Assembly (NCBI GenBank): GCA_900552655.1
Contig: USAE01000001.1
Location: forward strand, 3,392 to 67,391
Length of the DNA: 64,000 bases
DNA from: an uncultured Clostridium sp.
GTDB taxonomy: Bacteria > Bacillota > Clostridia > TANB77 > CAG-508
Direction: 5' to 3'
Position numbers and translations under genes: made by a program. Below, in pieces: positions 36,909 to 47,790 of this stretch. The notes under the pieces were generated by a model that was not told where the DNA came from, did not search any database, and saw only the letters and a program-made list of their open reading frames with translations. How positions within the stretch are numbered: position 1 is the stretch's first letter; each line of letters opens with the position of its first letter.

Positions 36909-39113
36909 TTATTTTTTTCTTGCTACTTCGTATACGCTATCTATTTTTCTTAGTTCTTTTAATACTTTATTTAGTTCTTCTATATTTTCAACCTCTATAG
37001 TTATTTCTATTGTTGCAATATGCTCTTTAGTAGTTTTGGAATTTAAAGCTATTAGTTTTGTTTTTACATTACCTAAAACTTGAATAACCTCTGCTAGTAA
37101 ACCTGCTCTGTCATTTGCAAATACTGTTATATCAACATTATAAGCTGCTGTTTCTTCTGTATACCAGTAAACGTCTATAATTCTATCTTCTTCTTTTAGT
37201 AAGTCTTTTACATTTACACAATCTGTTCTATGTACAGAAACTCCTCTTCCTTTTGTAATATATCCTATTATATTATCTCCTGGTACAGGGTTACAACATT
37301 TAGAAAGTTTTACTAAGCAATTATCTATTCCTTTTACTACTACACCTGTGTTAGATGGTTTTATATGCTTTCTTTTACTTGTTAATTCTTCTATTTTTTG
37401 TTCTATATTTTCTTCGTTATGAGCTTTTCTATATTCTTCTAACATTCTAGATATAATTTTAACTTGTGATATTGCTCCAAAACCAACACTTGCATACATT
37501 TCTTCTACATTTTTAAATTTGTATCTATCTAGTGCTGCATTTATATAATCTTGTTTAAACAATTCGTCATGACTTATTCCTATTCTTTTTATTTCTTTTT
37601 CTATTAGTTCTTTTCCTTTTTCTATGTTCTCTGTTCTTTGTTCTTTCTTAAACCATGATTGAATTTTACTTTTTGCTTTTGTTGTTTTTATAAATTTAAG
37701 CCAATCTCTACTAGGACCTTTTTGAGAGTCAGATGTCATAATTTCTATTATATCCCCACTCTTTAACTTTGTTATTATTGGCATCATTTTGCTATTTATT
37801 TTACATCCAACCATATGGTTTCCTATTTCTTCATGAATGCTATAAGCAAAATCTATTGGCGTTGCTTCTCTTGGTAATACTAATATTTTTCCCTTTGGTG
37901 TAAATACATATACTTCATCTTCAAATAATTCTGTTTTTAATGTATTTAAAAACTCTTGAGGATCTTTCATGTCTTGTTGCCATTCTAAGGTTTCTCTAAG
38001 CCATGAAAGTTTGTCATTTGTAACTTCTACAACTTGTTTTCCTTTTTTTCCATAATTTGCTTCTTTATATGCCCAATGTGCTGCTATACCATATTCTGCA
38101 ATTCTATGCATTTCCCATGTACGTATTTGTACTTCGAATGGAGTTCCTTTTTCTCCTAATAATGTTGTGTGTATAGATTGGTACATATTAGGCTTTGGTA
38201 CTGCTATATAATCTTTAAATCTTCCTGGCATTGGGCTATACATTTCGTGTACAACACCTAATGCAGTGTAACAATCTTTTACAGAATTTACTAATATTCT
38301 TAATGCAAATAAATCGTAAATTTGATCTAAAGTTTTGTTATCTCTTTTCATTTTTCTATATATAGAATATAAATGTTTTGCCCTACCTGTTACTTCTGCT
38401 TCGATTTTTTGTTTCTTAAGAGCTCCTCTAATATCTCCCATTATTTTTTCTATAAATTTTAATCTTTCTTCTCTTTTTTTGTCTATACCTTCAACTAATT
38501 CTCTATATTCTTCTGGATATAAGTATTTGAAAGCTAAATCTTCTAATTCCCATTTTAAAGAATATATACCTAAACGATTTGCAAGTGGAGCATATAACTC
38601 CATTGTTTCTTTTGCATTTGCAATTTGCCTATCTCTTCTTAAATATTTTAATGTACGCAAATTATGTAATCTATCTGCTAGTTTTATTATTATAACTCTA
38701 ATATCTTTTCCCATTGCAAGAAACATTTTTCTGTAGTTTTCCACTTGGCGCTCTTCTGTACTTGCTTGATATCTTAGTTCTCCAAGTTTTGTAACTCCAG
38801 CAACCATGTTGGCAATTTCTTCTCCAAAATCTCTTACTAAATCTTCATGTGTAACCTCTGTATCTTCTACAACATCATGTAATAGCGCAGCACAAATTGT
38901 TGACTCGTCTAAACCTATATCTGCTAAAATATAAGCAACTTGTACTGGATGTATTATATATGGTTCTCCAGATTTTCTACATTGTGTACCATGCTTTTCT
39001 TTTGCATAGTTATAAGCTTTTAATATTATTTTAGTATCTGCCCATCTTTTTTTCTGTTTTACTAAACCTATTATATCCTCTATCGTTTTATTTTGTACTT
39101 CTGACATAAGCAA
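36909..39113 (-). CDS. relA: Bifunctional (p)ppGpp synthetase/hydrolase RelA/SpoT (HD, RelA_SpoT synthetase, TGS and ACT domains).
   Basis: 734 aa. HD motif ALLHDVVEDT, synthetase region ...RAKHLYSIYRKM..., and C-terminal TGS and ACT domains. Confidence 0.9.
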   Translation of the reverse strand: MLMSEVQNKTIEDIIGLVKQKKRWADTKIILKAYNYAKEKHGTQCRKSGEPYIIHPVQVAYILADIGLDESTICAALLHDVVEDTEVTHEDLVRDFGEEIANMVAGVTKLGELRYQASTEERQVENYRKMFLAMGKDIRVIIIKLADRLHNLRTLKYLRRDRQIANAKETMELYAPLANRLGIYSLKWELEDLAFKYLYPEEYRELVEGIDKKREERLKFIEKIMGDIRGALKKQKIEAEVTGRAKHLYSIYRKMKRDNKTLDQIYDLFALRILVNSVKDCYTALGVVHEMYSPMPGRFKDYIAVPKPNMYQSIHTTLLGEKGTPFEVQIRTWEMHRIAEYGIAAHWAYKEANYGKKGKQVVEVTNDKLSWLRETLEWQQDMKDPQEFLNTLKTELFEDEVYVFTPKGKILVLPREATPIDFAYSIHEEIGNHMVGCKINSKMMPIITKLKSGDIIEIMTSDSQKGPSRDWLKFIKTTKAKSKIQSWFKKEQRTENIEKGKELIEKEIKRIGISHDELFKQDYINAALDRYKFKNVEEMYASVGFGAISQVKIISRMLEEYRKAHNEENIEQKIEELTSKRKHIKPSNTGVVVKGIDNCLVKLSKCCNPVPGDNIIGYITKGRGVSVHRTDCVNVKDLLKEEDRIIDVYWYTEETAAYNVDITVFANDRAGLLAEVIQVLGNVKTKLIALNSKTTKEHIATIEITIEVENIEELNKVLKELRKIDSVYEVARKK

Positions 39114-39121
39114 TCCCCCTT

Positions 39122-40810
39122 CTAATAGCTTTTTCTAATGTCTTTTACATTTATTTGTATAGAGCTAAATCCATTAAAACTATTAATTTCTAATGTTCCT
39201 ACAATATCTATTTTATCTCCAATTCTATATTCTTCTGCTAAGAAGCCTATATCGAATCCTATAGCATTAATTACAAAATTTTCGTCCCTTAAAGTAAGTT
39301 TTAAATGTCTTCCTTCTGAAAGAGCTCTTATAGAATCTATTTTTAAATTTTTTATTAAAAATAATGGAACTTTATTTGATTCTCCAAAAGGCTCTAATAT
39401 ACTTAAACTTTTTATTAAATCCATATTTATATCTTTTAACTTTAGTTCTTCGTCTATATAAATAATTGGTTTTAATTCTTTAATATTACTTTCTTTTGCA
39501 ATTTTATTAAATCTTTCTTTGAATTTCTCGAAATTTTCTTTTTTTAATGTAAGACCAACAGCCATGGCATGACCACCATATTTTTCTAGTAAGTCATCAC
39601 ATTTTGTTAAGCTTTCGTATAAATCAAATCCCGGTATGCTTCTTCCTGAACCTTTTGCTATGTCATCTTCAAAGCTTAATAATATACTTGGTTTATAATA
39701 TTTGTCTGTTACTTTAGAAGAAACAATTCCAATAACACCATGATGCCAATTGTTTCCACCCACAACTATAGAATCATTTTCATCTAAATTATTTTTTTCT
39801 ATTTTTTGTACTACTTCTTCATATATATTTTTCTCTGTAGATTGTCTTAAAGTATTGTAATCGTTCAGTTCTTTTGTAATTTCTAATGCACTTTCTAAAT
39901 TATTTGCTAAAAATAAATTTAAAGCTTCTTCTTCGTGCCCCATTCTACCAGAAGCATTTATTCTTGGCGCGACTCCAAATGAAATTGTATTTGAATCTAT
40001 TTCTTTATATCCTGAACTTTTTATTAGTTCTCTTAAACCTAAATTTTTAGTAACTTTTATTAGCATTAGTCCTAATTTTGCTATAGTTCTATTTTCACCT
40101 TCTAATGGAACTATATCTGCTATTGTTCCTACACATACTAAATCTAAATATTTTAAATATTCTTCTGGTTTAATATCTAACTTTATGGAAATTGCCTGAA
40201 TTAATTTAAATACTACTCCTACTCCTGCTAATGATCTAAAGGGATACGTATTATCTTTTCTTTTGGCATCAATTACAGCTATTGCATTTGGGAGCTTTTC
40301 TCCAACTTCATGATGGTCTGTAACTATTATGTCCATTCCTAAACTTTTTACATATTCTATTTCATCTATTGCAGAAATCCCACAATCTACTGTTATTATT
40401 AAATCTATCCCTTTTTCTTTTATTTTTTCTATAGCAGATTTATTTAATCCATACCCTTCATGCAACCTATTTGGTATATATGTGTCTACCATAATACCTC
40501 TATCTAATAAATATTTCTTTAAAACAGTGGTACTAGTTATTCCATCTACATCATAATCACCATAAATTAGTATCTTTTCTTTATTATTAATTGCTTTTAT
40601 TATTCTTTCTACTGCTATATCCATTTCCTTAAATAAAAAAGGATCATAAAAATCATCTCTTGTAGGATTTATAAATATTCTTACATCTTCATCTTTTATT
40701 ACATTTCTATTAACAATTATTTTTCCTATTACTTTGTTTAAATTATATCTATTACATATATCATCTACTAATTTTTCATCTGAACTATAAAATTCCCATT
40801 TTTTTATCAT
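39122..40810 (-). CDS. recJ: Single-stranded-DNA-specific exonuclease RecJ (DHH/DHHA1).
   Basis: ...ILIYGDYDVDGITSTTVL...DHH... 562 aa. Located upstream of relA. Confidence 0.85.
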   Translation of the reverse strand: MIKKWEFYSSDEKLVDDICNRYNLNKVIGKIIVNRNVIKDEDVRIFINPTRDDFYDPFLFKEMDIAVERIIKAINNKEKILIYGDYDVDGITSTTVLKKYLLDRGIMVDTYIPNRLHEGYGLNKSAIEKIKEKGIDLIITVDCGISAIDEIEYVKSLGMDIIVTDHHEVGEKLPNAIAVIDAKRKDNTYPFRSLAGVGVVFKLIQAISIKLDIKPEEYLKYLDLVCVGTIADIVPLEGENRTIAKLGLMLIKVTKNLGLRELIKSSGYKEIDSNTISFGVAPRINASGRMGHEEEALNLFLANNLESALEITKELNDYNTLRQSTEKNIYEEVVQKIEKNNLDENDSIVVGGNNWHHGVIGIVSSKVTDKYYKPSILLSFEDDIAKGSGRSIPGFDLYESLTKCDDLLEKYGGHAMAVGLTLKKENFEKFKERFNKIAKESNIKELKPIIYIDEELKLKDINMDLIKSLSILEPFGESNKVPLFLIKNLKIDSIRALSEGRHLKLTLRDENFVINAIGFDIGFLAEEYRIGDKIDIVGTLEINSFNGFSSIQINVKDIRKSY

Positions 40811-40878
40811 TCACTTTCTCCTCGTATTATACAATTTGTACAATATTGTATAACATTTCTTCTTTTTTTTAAAGAGGT

Positions 40879-41586
40879 TTACAATAATTTTATTAAACAA
40901 ATTATAATATATAAAATTATTAAATATAATTTAGATGATATTAGTTTATAACATGTGTATTTTATGCCTATGTTATTTATTTTTTCATATTCTTCTGTAA
41001 TTTTTTTTGTTTCTTTTACATTATGTTCTTCTAGATATTCTTTTGCAATATATTTTGCTTTTGTCATTGCTTCTATTTCTAAATAACTTCTTATTACATA
41101 AAATACCATTGCTAAAATTAACATTATTGATACAAATAATATATAATTTTTTATTACTCCTACTACTGTTAGTATTGTTATTACCAACCAAAATAAGTTT
41201 AATAAATTTGTAAAAATATAGTTAAACCATAACACATTTTTATTTTGAATGGAATGTACACATTCGTGTGCTATTGTTTGAATTCTTGTAAAAAATTTTT
41301 TATCTTTATTTAAAATAATTTTATCTGTTGCTATAAAGTAAAAGCAATTTGTTTTTTCCTCTTCTTCCACCTTTACTTTTTCATTATTTAGTTTTTTCAA
41401 TATTTCCTTACAAATTACCACATTATTTGGAAGTTCTTGTGTTCTAGCATTTAAACTCTCATTTTCGGCAATTTTCATTATCTCTTTTTTATTAGTCTTT
41501 AAAACTATTTTTAATATAATTTGTGTAATTATTATTATTATTAAAATTATTAAAAGCTCCATATAAACAAAATAAGGGATATACAA
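40879..41586 (-). CDS. Putative membrane zinc metallopeptidase (HExxH) of unknown family.
   Basis: TIAHECVHSIQ HExxH motif between TM helices. 235 aa with several hydrophobic helices. Confidence 0.45.
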   Translation of the reverse strand: MYIPYFVYMELLIILIIIIITQIILKIVLKTNKKEIMKIAENESLNARTQELPNNVVICKEILKKLNNEKVKVEEEEKTNCFYFIATDKIILNKDKKFFTRIQTIAHECVHSIQNKNVLWFNYIFTNLLNLFWLVITILTVVGVIKNYILFVSIMLILAMVFYVIRSYLEIEAMTKAKYIAKEYLEEHNVKETKKITEEYEKINNIGIKYTCYKLISSKLYLIILYIIICLIKLL

Positions 41587-41607
41587 TATATCCCTTCCCC
41601 CTTACTT

Positions 41608-41943
41608 TTATTCTATAACATCTTTTATTGCTTCACTTATTATTTTATTTATATCTGTTACCATTACGCTAAATCTCATTTCTGATTCTAAATAATTTTT
41701 AGCTACTTCATTTTGATATAATTCTGTATATAAATTTTGTAATTTTACACTTAATTCATTTGAATTTGTTTCACCTTTTAGCATTGCTTTTTGCATTTCT
41801 ACTCTTAATTTGTCAAATTCTTCTATCTTACTTTTTATTTCTACATTAGATTCTATTTGTTCTTTTGAATTTTTATAAGCTTTATACTCTTCTGTTAATT
41901 TTATTTCTGATGCTAATTTATTAGCTGTATCATATATATTCAT
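41608..41943 (-). CDS. YlbF/YmcA family regulatory protein (UPF0342).
   Basis: 111 aa helical protein MNIYDTANKLASEIKLTEEYKAYK..., with the size and N-terminal pattern typical of YlbF/YmcA. Confidence 0.6.
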   Translation of the reverse strand: MNIYDTANKLASEIKLTEEYKAYKNSKEQIESNVEIKSKIEEFDKLRVEMQKAMLKGETNSNELSVKLQNLYTELYQNEVAKNYLESEMRFSVMVTDINKIISEAIKDVIE

Positions 41944-41958
41944 TGCTTAGCCTCCTTC

Positions 41959-43251
41959 TTAAGCATATGCATGTCTTTTTTTGAAACTTAATAAGTTTGT
42001 AATTTCTCCTTGTGTATTTTTAGCTTTCTTTGTTTTTCTAGCTTTTTCTTGTTCTAATTCTCTTCTTTGTTTTTCTGCCATTGTTTGACATATTGCTTTT
42101 TGATATATAAAATGTGTATCTTGAGCTATTTTGTTCCAGTTATATTGTGCTTTTACTTTTGCTTTTGCCGCTCTTGAAACTTCTGCACCTAAACCTGGGT
42201 TATATAGTAATTCTAATATAGAATCTGCTATCGAATTTGGGTTACCTGCATAACTTTTCATTCCATTTTCTCTATGTTGTACTATTTCATTTAGTCCACC
42301 AACATCTGAAACTACAACTGGTGTTCCAGATAACATTCCTTCTAACGCTACAACTCCAAATGGTTCATATGTACTTGGGAATACCGCTACGTCTGCACAT
42401 TTATACATTTTAGTAACTTGATTTAAATTTAAATATCCTGTAAAGTAAACTTTATTTTCTATGTTTAATCTTCTTACTTCATCTCTTAGCTCGTCTATCA
42501 TTCCACCTTTTCCAGCTATTATTAGTTTCGAGTCATGATATCCATTTAATACTTTTGGCATTGCTGCTATTAAGTTTTGTATTCCTTTTTCGTAAACAAG
42601 TCTTCCTACATAAAGAATTATTTTTTCGTTATCTGCTGCATATTGTCTTCTGAAGTTATAATCTTTTTCTACTCCATTATATAAATTTAAATTAACTCCA
42701 TTTGGTACTACATTTATCTTTTCATATGGTAATCCAAATAATCTTTGTAATTCACTTTTCATATAATTACTATTTACTATTACTTCTGTTGATTCATATG
42801 TTAGCATCCATTCTGTATCATTTATATATCTTTGTACTTCATCATGTATTCCAGAATTTCTTCCTGCCTCTGTTGCATGTATTGTTGCTATAATTGGTGT
42901 TTTAAAAGAATCTTTTAAAGTTTTTGCTGCATATGCAACTAACCAATCGTGTGCATGTATTACATCAAATGGGCCTTCTTTATTTATTATTTCTGTAGCT
43001 TTTGATATTAAATTAAAGTTTAATTGCATTATCCAGTCTATAAAATTATTTGGATTTATCATATAGTTGTTTACTCTATATACTTTAACTCCGTTGTCAT
43101 CTTCAAAATCTTCTACATTTCCTTCTTTGTAAGTAACTACTGTTACTTCGTGACCATCTTTTATTAATCTATGGGATAAGTCGTGTACTACCCTTGCAAT
43201 TCCACCTACTACCCTTGGTGGATATTCCCATGTTAACATTAAAATTTTCAT
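41959..43251 (-). CDS. Glycosyltransferase family 4.
   Basis: MKILMLTWEYPPRVVGGIARVVHDLSHRLIKDGHEVTVV...YEPFGVVALEGMLSGTPVVVSDVGGL. Confidence 0.8.
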   Translation of the reverse strand: MKILMLTWEYPPRVVGGIARVVHDLSHRLIKDGHEVTVVTYKEGNVEDFEDDNGVKVYRVNNYMINPNNFIDWIMQLNFNLISKATEIINKEGPFDVIHAHDWLVAYAAKTLKDSFKTPIIATIHATEAGRNSGIHDEVQRYINDTEWMLTYESTEVIVNSNYMKSELQRLFGLPYEKINVVPNGVNLNLYNGVEKDYNFRRQYAADNEKIILYVGRLVYEKGIQNLIAAMPKVLNGYHDSKLIIAGKGGMIDELRDEVRRLNIENKVYFTGYLNLNQVTKMYKCADVAVFPSTYEPFGVVALEGMLSGTPVVVSDVGGLNEIVQHRENGMKSYAGNPNSIADSILELLYNPGLGAEVSRAAKAKVKAQYNWNKIAQDTHFIYQKAICQTMAEKQRRELEQEKARKTKKAKNTQGEITNLLSFKKRHAYA

Positions 43252-43522
43252 TTACATAAGCCCCTTTCGATATACATTTTCTTTCGTATTTTACATTTAA
43301 ACATATTGGTTTATATTGTATATAACTTTTATTAAAATGTAAATAACTTTTTGTAAAATATTGTGTTTTTTTGTAGTTTTTTTATATTTATTTTTTTCAC
43401 TTTTTTATTTTGTTATTAATATAATTTAAAAGACAATATTTTTTATAAAAAAACCTTTAAAGTAGTATATATTTTTTATTTTCTACATAAAATTGCTCTT
43501 TTTAGGTTATGTAATTTAGGAG

Positions 43523-45380
43523 GTGTTTTTTATGTGTGGAATTGTTGGATTTGTAAATTATAAAAAAGATATAAACAATCCTGTTTCTATACTTAATGAA
43601 ATGAATCATTCTCTTACTAATAGAGGACCTGTTGAGGAAGAATCTTATATTTCTTCTCCAGCTTATTTAGCTCGTAAAAAATTAGCTGTAGTTGACCCAA
43701 TAAGTGGCTCTCAACCTATGATTACTACATATAATGAAAATGAGTATTCTATTGTATGTAATGGTCAAATATATAACACATTGGAGATAAAAGATACTCT
43801 TATCGAAAACGGTTTTTATTTTAAAACTAATTCCGATATAGAAGTTTTACTAAATGCTTTTATTTTCTATGGTTATGATATCGTAAAACATATTAATGGT
43901 AATTTTGCTTTTGCTATTTGGAATAAAAACAAAGAAGAATTATTTTTAGCTAGAGATCATTTTGGAATAAAACCTTTATTCTATACTATAACTGATGATA
44001 CATTAGTTTTTGCTTCTGAGTTAAAATCTATTTTTAAATTTCCTACAGTAAAAAAGACTATAGATTCTACAGGCATCTGTGAATTATTTCGGAATTGGTC
44101 CAGCACATACCCCTGGTACAACTGTTTTTAAAGATATTTATGAACTTAAACCGGCTCACTTTGCAATCTTTAATAAATATGGTTTATTTACACATGGGTA
44201 TTGGAAATTTGTAAATAAACCTCATCTAGATTCTTTTAATGAAACTTGTATGAAAGTAAAATTTTTATTGGAAGATAGTATTAAAAACAATTTAGTTTCT
44301 GAAGTACCTTTTTGTTCTTTTTTATCTGGAGGATTGGATTCTAGTATAATAACTGCATATGCTAGTAAATATTGTAATGACAATGGCTTACCTACTCTTA
44401 AGACTTTTTCTGTTGACTATCTAGATAATGACAAAAATTTTGTTAAAAGTGACTTCCAGCCTAATTCTGATAATTATTATATAAATTTAATGGTTGAAAA
44501 ATATAAAACAAACCATACAAATATTATTTTAGATACCCCTGATTTAGCAAATTATTTAGAAGATTCTATGATTGCAAGAGATGTTCCTGGTATGGCTGAT
44601 GTTGATTCTTCTTTACTTCTATTTTGTAAAAATGTAAAACCTTATGCTACAGTTGCTTTAAGTGGAGAATGTGCAGATGAAATTTTCGGTGGCTATCCTT
44701 GGTTTTTTAGAGATGATGCTTTAAATAGTAATACTTTTCCTTGGTCTATTGCACTAAGTGAAAGACAACATCTATTACACACAGATATTTCTAAGAAAAT
44801 TAATTTAAAAGAATATATAGATTTTAGATATAATGAAAGTTTAGCTAATGTGGAAATTCTAGATACTGATTCTAAAGAAACTGCTGAAAAAAGAAAAATT
44901 TCTTATCTAACTTTAAATTGGTTTATGCAAACCTTACTTGATAGATCTGACAGATGTTCTATGTATAATGGATTAGAAATACGTGTTCCTTTCTGCGATT
45001 ATAGGTTAGCTCAATATTTATGGAACATTCCCTGGGAGATGAAAACTTATAAAGGACGTGAAAAAGGACTATTACGACATATTATGAAAGATATTTTACC
45101 AAGTGAAATTATAGACAGGAAAAAATCTCCTTACCCAAAAACTCATAATCCTACTTATTTAAATGCTGTAAAAAATATGCTTACAAATATTATGAATAAT
45201 AGTTCCTCTCCTATTCATAATATTTTAAATAGGAGTTATATTTTAGAAATATTAGAATCTGATGGATCTGCTTTTACTAAGCCTTGGTTTGGCCAATTAA
45301 TGACGGGCCCTCAGCTTATGGCGTATTTGTGCCAAGTTAATATGTGGCTTGAGAAATATCAACCTACAATTGAATTATAA
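43523..45380 (+). pseudogene. asnB: Asparagine synthetase (glutamine-hydrolysing) AsnB, split by a +1 frameshift near 44090 into ORFs 43523..44131 and 44079..45380. It could equally be a sequencing error.
   Basis: MCGIVGFVNYKK... class-II glutamine amidotransferase N-terminus, then ...SFLSGGLDSSIITAYA (PP-loop). At GAATTATTT[C]GGAATTGGTCC, dropping one base (the C, or one T) gives ...ICELFGIGPAHTPGTT.., a continuous AsnB. Confidence 0.8.
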
Positions 45381-45383
45381 ACG

Positions 45384-45408
45384 TAGACAGAGACGCCAAA
45401 ATTTGGCG
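45384..45408. terminator. Hairpin terminator between convergent asnB and the AbrB-fold gene.
   Basis: AGAGACGCCAAAaTTTGGCGTCcctgc, a 9-bp GC-rich stem. Confidence 0.5.
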
Positions 45409-45423
45409 TCCCTGCTTTCCCTC

Positions 45424-45744
45424 TTATTCAAGATCTGGTTCTTTTTCAAAAATTACTCTTTCTCCTTCCATTCGCACGTCCACTGTAACGCTTGGCGTCA
45501 TATCCAGTATCTCTAAAAATTCAATTGGAACAGAAATCGTTCTGTTTCTATTTAACCTTCGAACAAAACCTATATAAGGTTTCTTTTCCGCCGGTTCATT
45601 CCAGTTGAATTTTTTCAAGATCAATTTGCCATATTCAATTGTAAGCTCTACTTGCTGTTCCTCGAAGAATCCTAATTCTCTAAAGAATGGCATTGGAATA
45701 CGAATTCGTCTGTCTGTTCCCACTTTGCATTTACATGTTGTCAT
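45424..45744 (-). CDS. Tandem AbrB/MazE/SpoVT swapped-hairpin domain protein, a putative transcriptional regulator.
   Basis: 106 aa with two repeats of the R-x-I-x-(I/V)-P motif: GTDRRIRIPMPFFRELGF and NRNRTISVPIEFLEILDM. Local GC is clearly above background. Confidence 0.5.
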   Translation of the reverse strand: MTTCKCKVGTDRRIRIPMPFFRELGFFEEQQVELTIEYGKLILKKFNWNEPAEKKPYIGFVRRLNRNRTISVPIEFLEILDMTPSVTVDVRMEGERVIFEKEPDLE

Positions 45745-45972
45745 AATTTTTTCCTCCTGTTAGAAAGTTTTTGAAAAATATTAACGAGTTCTCATATTTA
45801 TTATAGCATTATTAACATAATTTTTCAATCATATTTCACTTTTTATAGGTCATATGTATGTTAGCCAATTATATATACCACATTTTATTAATAAATAGCA
45901 TAAAGAATTGATAAAAGGGAGCTAGCTTTCGTACATAATACGTTTAAGTTAGCTCCCTTCTATCTTAGTTAC

Positions 45973-47103
45973 TTAATAATTTAAGCACTCCATTTTTACT
46001 GTTTTATCTAATTCTAAAATTTCATCAACAGTATTAAGTTCTCTTACGATATGATTGGAAAGAGCCCAATCAATCATCTCTGGAATTTCTGTAAATCGAA
46101 TTGCTCCATCTAAAAATGCTTGTACAGCAATTTCATCTGCTGCATTTAAAACAACCTGTGCACTATGTCCCATTTCGATTGCTTTATATGCTAGCTGTAA
46201 GCATTTAAACTTGTATAAATCTGGTCTTTCAAATTTAAGTGTACCAATTTCAAACAAGTCCAATGGTTTAATATTATTTTTTAGTCTCTTTGGATAGTCT
46301 AATGCAAATGCTATCGGAATCTGCATATCTTTTGGGCCAATATTTGCCATAATTGTACCATCTTTAAACTGCACCATAGAATGTACCAAGCTTTGCCGGT
46401 GAACTACAACTTGTATCTTAGTTTCAGGAACATCAAAAAGCCAATGTACTTCTATAACTTCAAAACCTTTATTCATCATAGTTGCAGAGTCAATGGTAAC
46501 TTTTTTCCCCATTTTCCATGTTGGATGATTAAGTGCATCGCTTGGTTTTATTTTATCTGTTATTTCCTTTTCAAAAAATGGTCCTCCAGATGCTGTAAGT
46601 AAAATTTTTCCAATTTTATTATGTTCTTCTCCTCTTAAGCATTGCATAATTGCACTATGTTCGCTATCTACAGTACGAAGTTTTGTATTGTATTTTTTTG
46701 CCCTATCCATAATTATTTTGCCACCTGTGACAAGTACCTCTTTATTAGCAAGTGCTACTTCTTTACAGTGTTTCAACATATTATAAGTGGGTTTTAATCC
46801 AGCAATACCTACAAGCGCTGAAACTGCAATATCTGCATCTTCAAGCTTAGAAATTAACTCCATGCCTCTTTCGCCTGTATAAATATCAATGTTAGGAAAC
46901 AAATTCTTTATTTTCTCTTTGTTCCTTTCATCTAAAATATACACGTGCCTTGGCTTAAATTCTCTTATCTGCTCAATTAACAGATCTACATTCTTGCCAG
47001 CTACAAGTGTAACTGCAGAAAAGCGTTCCGGATTTTCTCTAATTATCCGAAGTGTAGTTGTTCCAATACTTCCTGTTGAACCAAAAATAGCAACTCTTTT
47101 CAT
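45973..47103 (-). CDS. dxr: 1-deoxy-D-xylulose 5-phosphate reductoisomerase.
   Basis: MKRVAIFGSTGSIGTTTLRIIRENPERF...NKE...LASGGPF...HPTWKMGKKVTIDSATMMNKG. Canonical Dxr. It is followed by the terminator AAGGGAGCTA-(25 nt)-TAGCTCCCTT at 45915-45960. Confidence 0.9.
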   Translation of the reverse strand: MKRVAIFGSTGSIGTTTLRIIRENPERFSAVTLVAGKNVDLLIEQIREFKPRHVYILDERNKEKIKNLFPNIDIYTGERGMELISKLEDADIAVSALVGIAGLKPTYNMLKHCKEVALANKEVLVTGGKIIMDRAKKYNTKLRTVDSEHSAIMQCLRGEEHNKIGKILLTASGGPFFEKEITDKIKPSDALNHPTWKMGKKVTIDSATMMNKGFEVIEVHWLFDVPETKIQVVVHRQSLVHSMVQFKDGTIMANIGPKDMQIPIAFALDYPKRLKNNIKPLDLFEIGTLKFERPDLYKFKCLQLAYKAIEMGHSAQVVLNAADEIAVQAFLDGAIRFTEIPEMIDWALSNHIVRELNTVDEILELDKTVKMECLNY

Positions 47104-47192
47104 ATTAAATTCCTCCTTTTTTCCTAGATTGCTACTATTTTAATATACTCTCTTTTTTATTTTTTGTCAAAATATACTTCGACATAATTAGA

Positions 47193-47762
47193 TTATCCAA
47201 TATCCTTCCTTAAATTTTCTAATGCTATTTTTCTACTACTAATATTATTTTTTTCATTCTCTTCTAACTCTGCTAATGTTCTTCCATCTTCTAATTCAAA
47301 TATTTCGTCAAATCCAAAGCCATTACTTCCTCTTGGCTTTTCTGCTATATATCCATTTAATATTCCTTTATATAGTTTTTCATTACCTTTTTCATCTACA
47401 TATGCAATACATGTTATAAATTTAACTTTTCTATTTTCTTTTTCAGCACCTTTTAATTTATTTATTAAATACGTATTTCTTTCTTCTTGTGTTGCTTCTT
47501 CTCCTAAAAATCTTGCTGTTTTTACTCCAGGAAAATCATTTAACATTTCTATACATATTCCGCTATCATCTGCAACACTTGCAGTTTTTGTTAATTTATA
47601 AATTTCTCTAGCTTTTTTTAATGCATTTTGTTCGAATGTTTCACCGTCTTCTTCTATTTCTATATTTATATTCATTTCTTTTAGAGTTTTTATTTCTTCG
47701 CTTTTTAATATTTCTTTAATTTCTTTTACTTTTCCTTTGTTATTGGTTGCTAAAACAATCAT
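47193..47762 (-). CDS. rdgB: Non-canonical purine NTP pyrophosphatase (RdgB/Ham1, dITP/XTP diphosphatase).
   Basis: MIVLATNNKGKVKEIKEIL...FGFDEIFE, the Ham1 family. Confidence 0.85.
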   Translation of the reverse strand: MIVLATNNKGKVKEIKEILKSEEIKTLKEMNINIEIEEDGETFEQNALKKAREIYKLTKTASVADDSGICIEMLNDFPGVKTARFLGEEATQEERNTYLINKLKGAEKENRKVKFITCIAYVDEKGNEKLYKGILNGYIAEKPRGSNGFGFDEIFELEDGRTLAELEENEKNNISSRKIALENLRKDIG

Positions 47763-47790
47763 CTCTTTTTTCTCCTTTATACCATTATAT

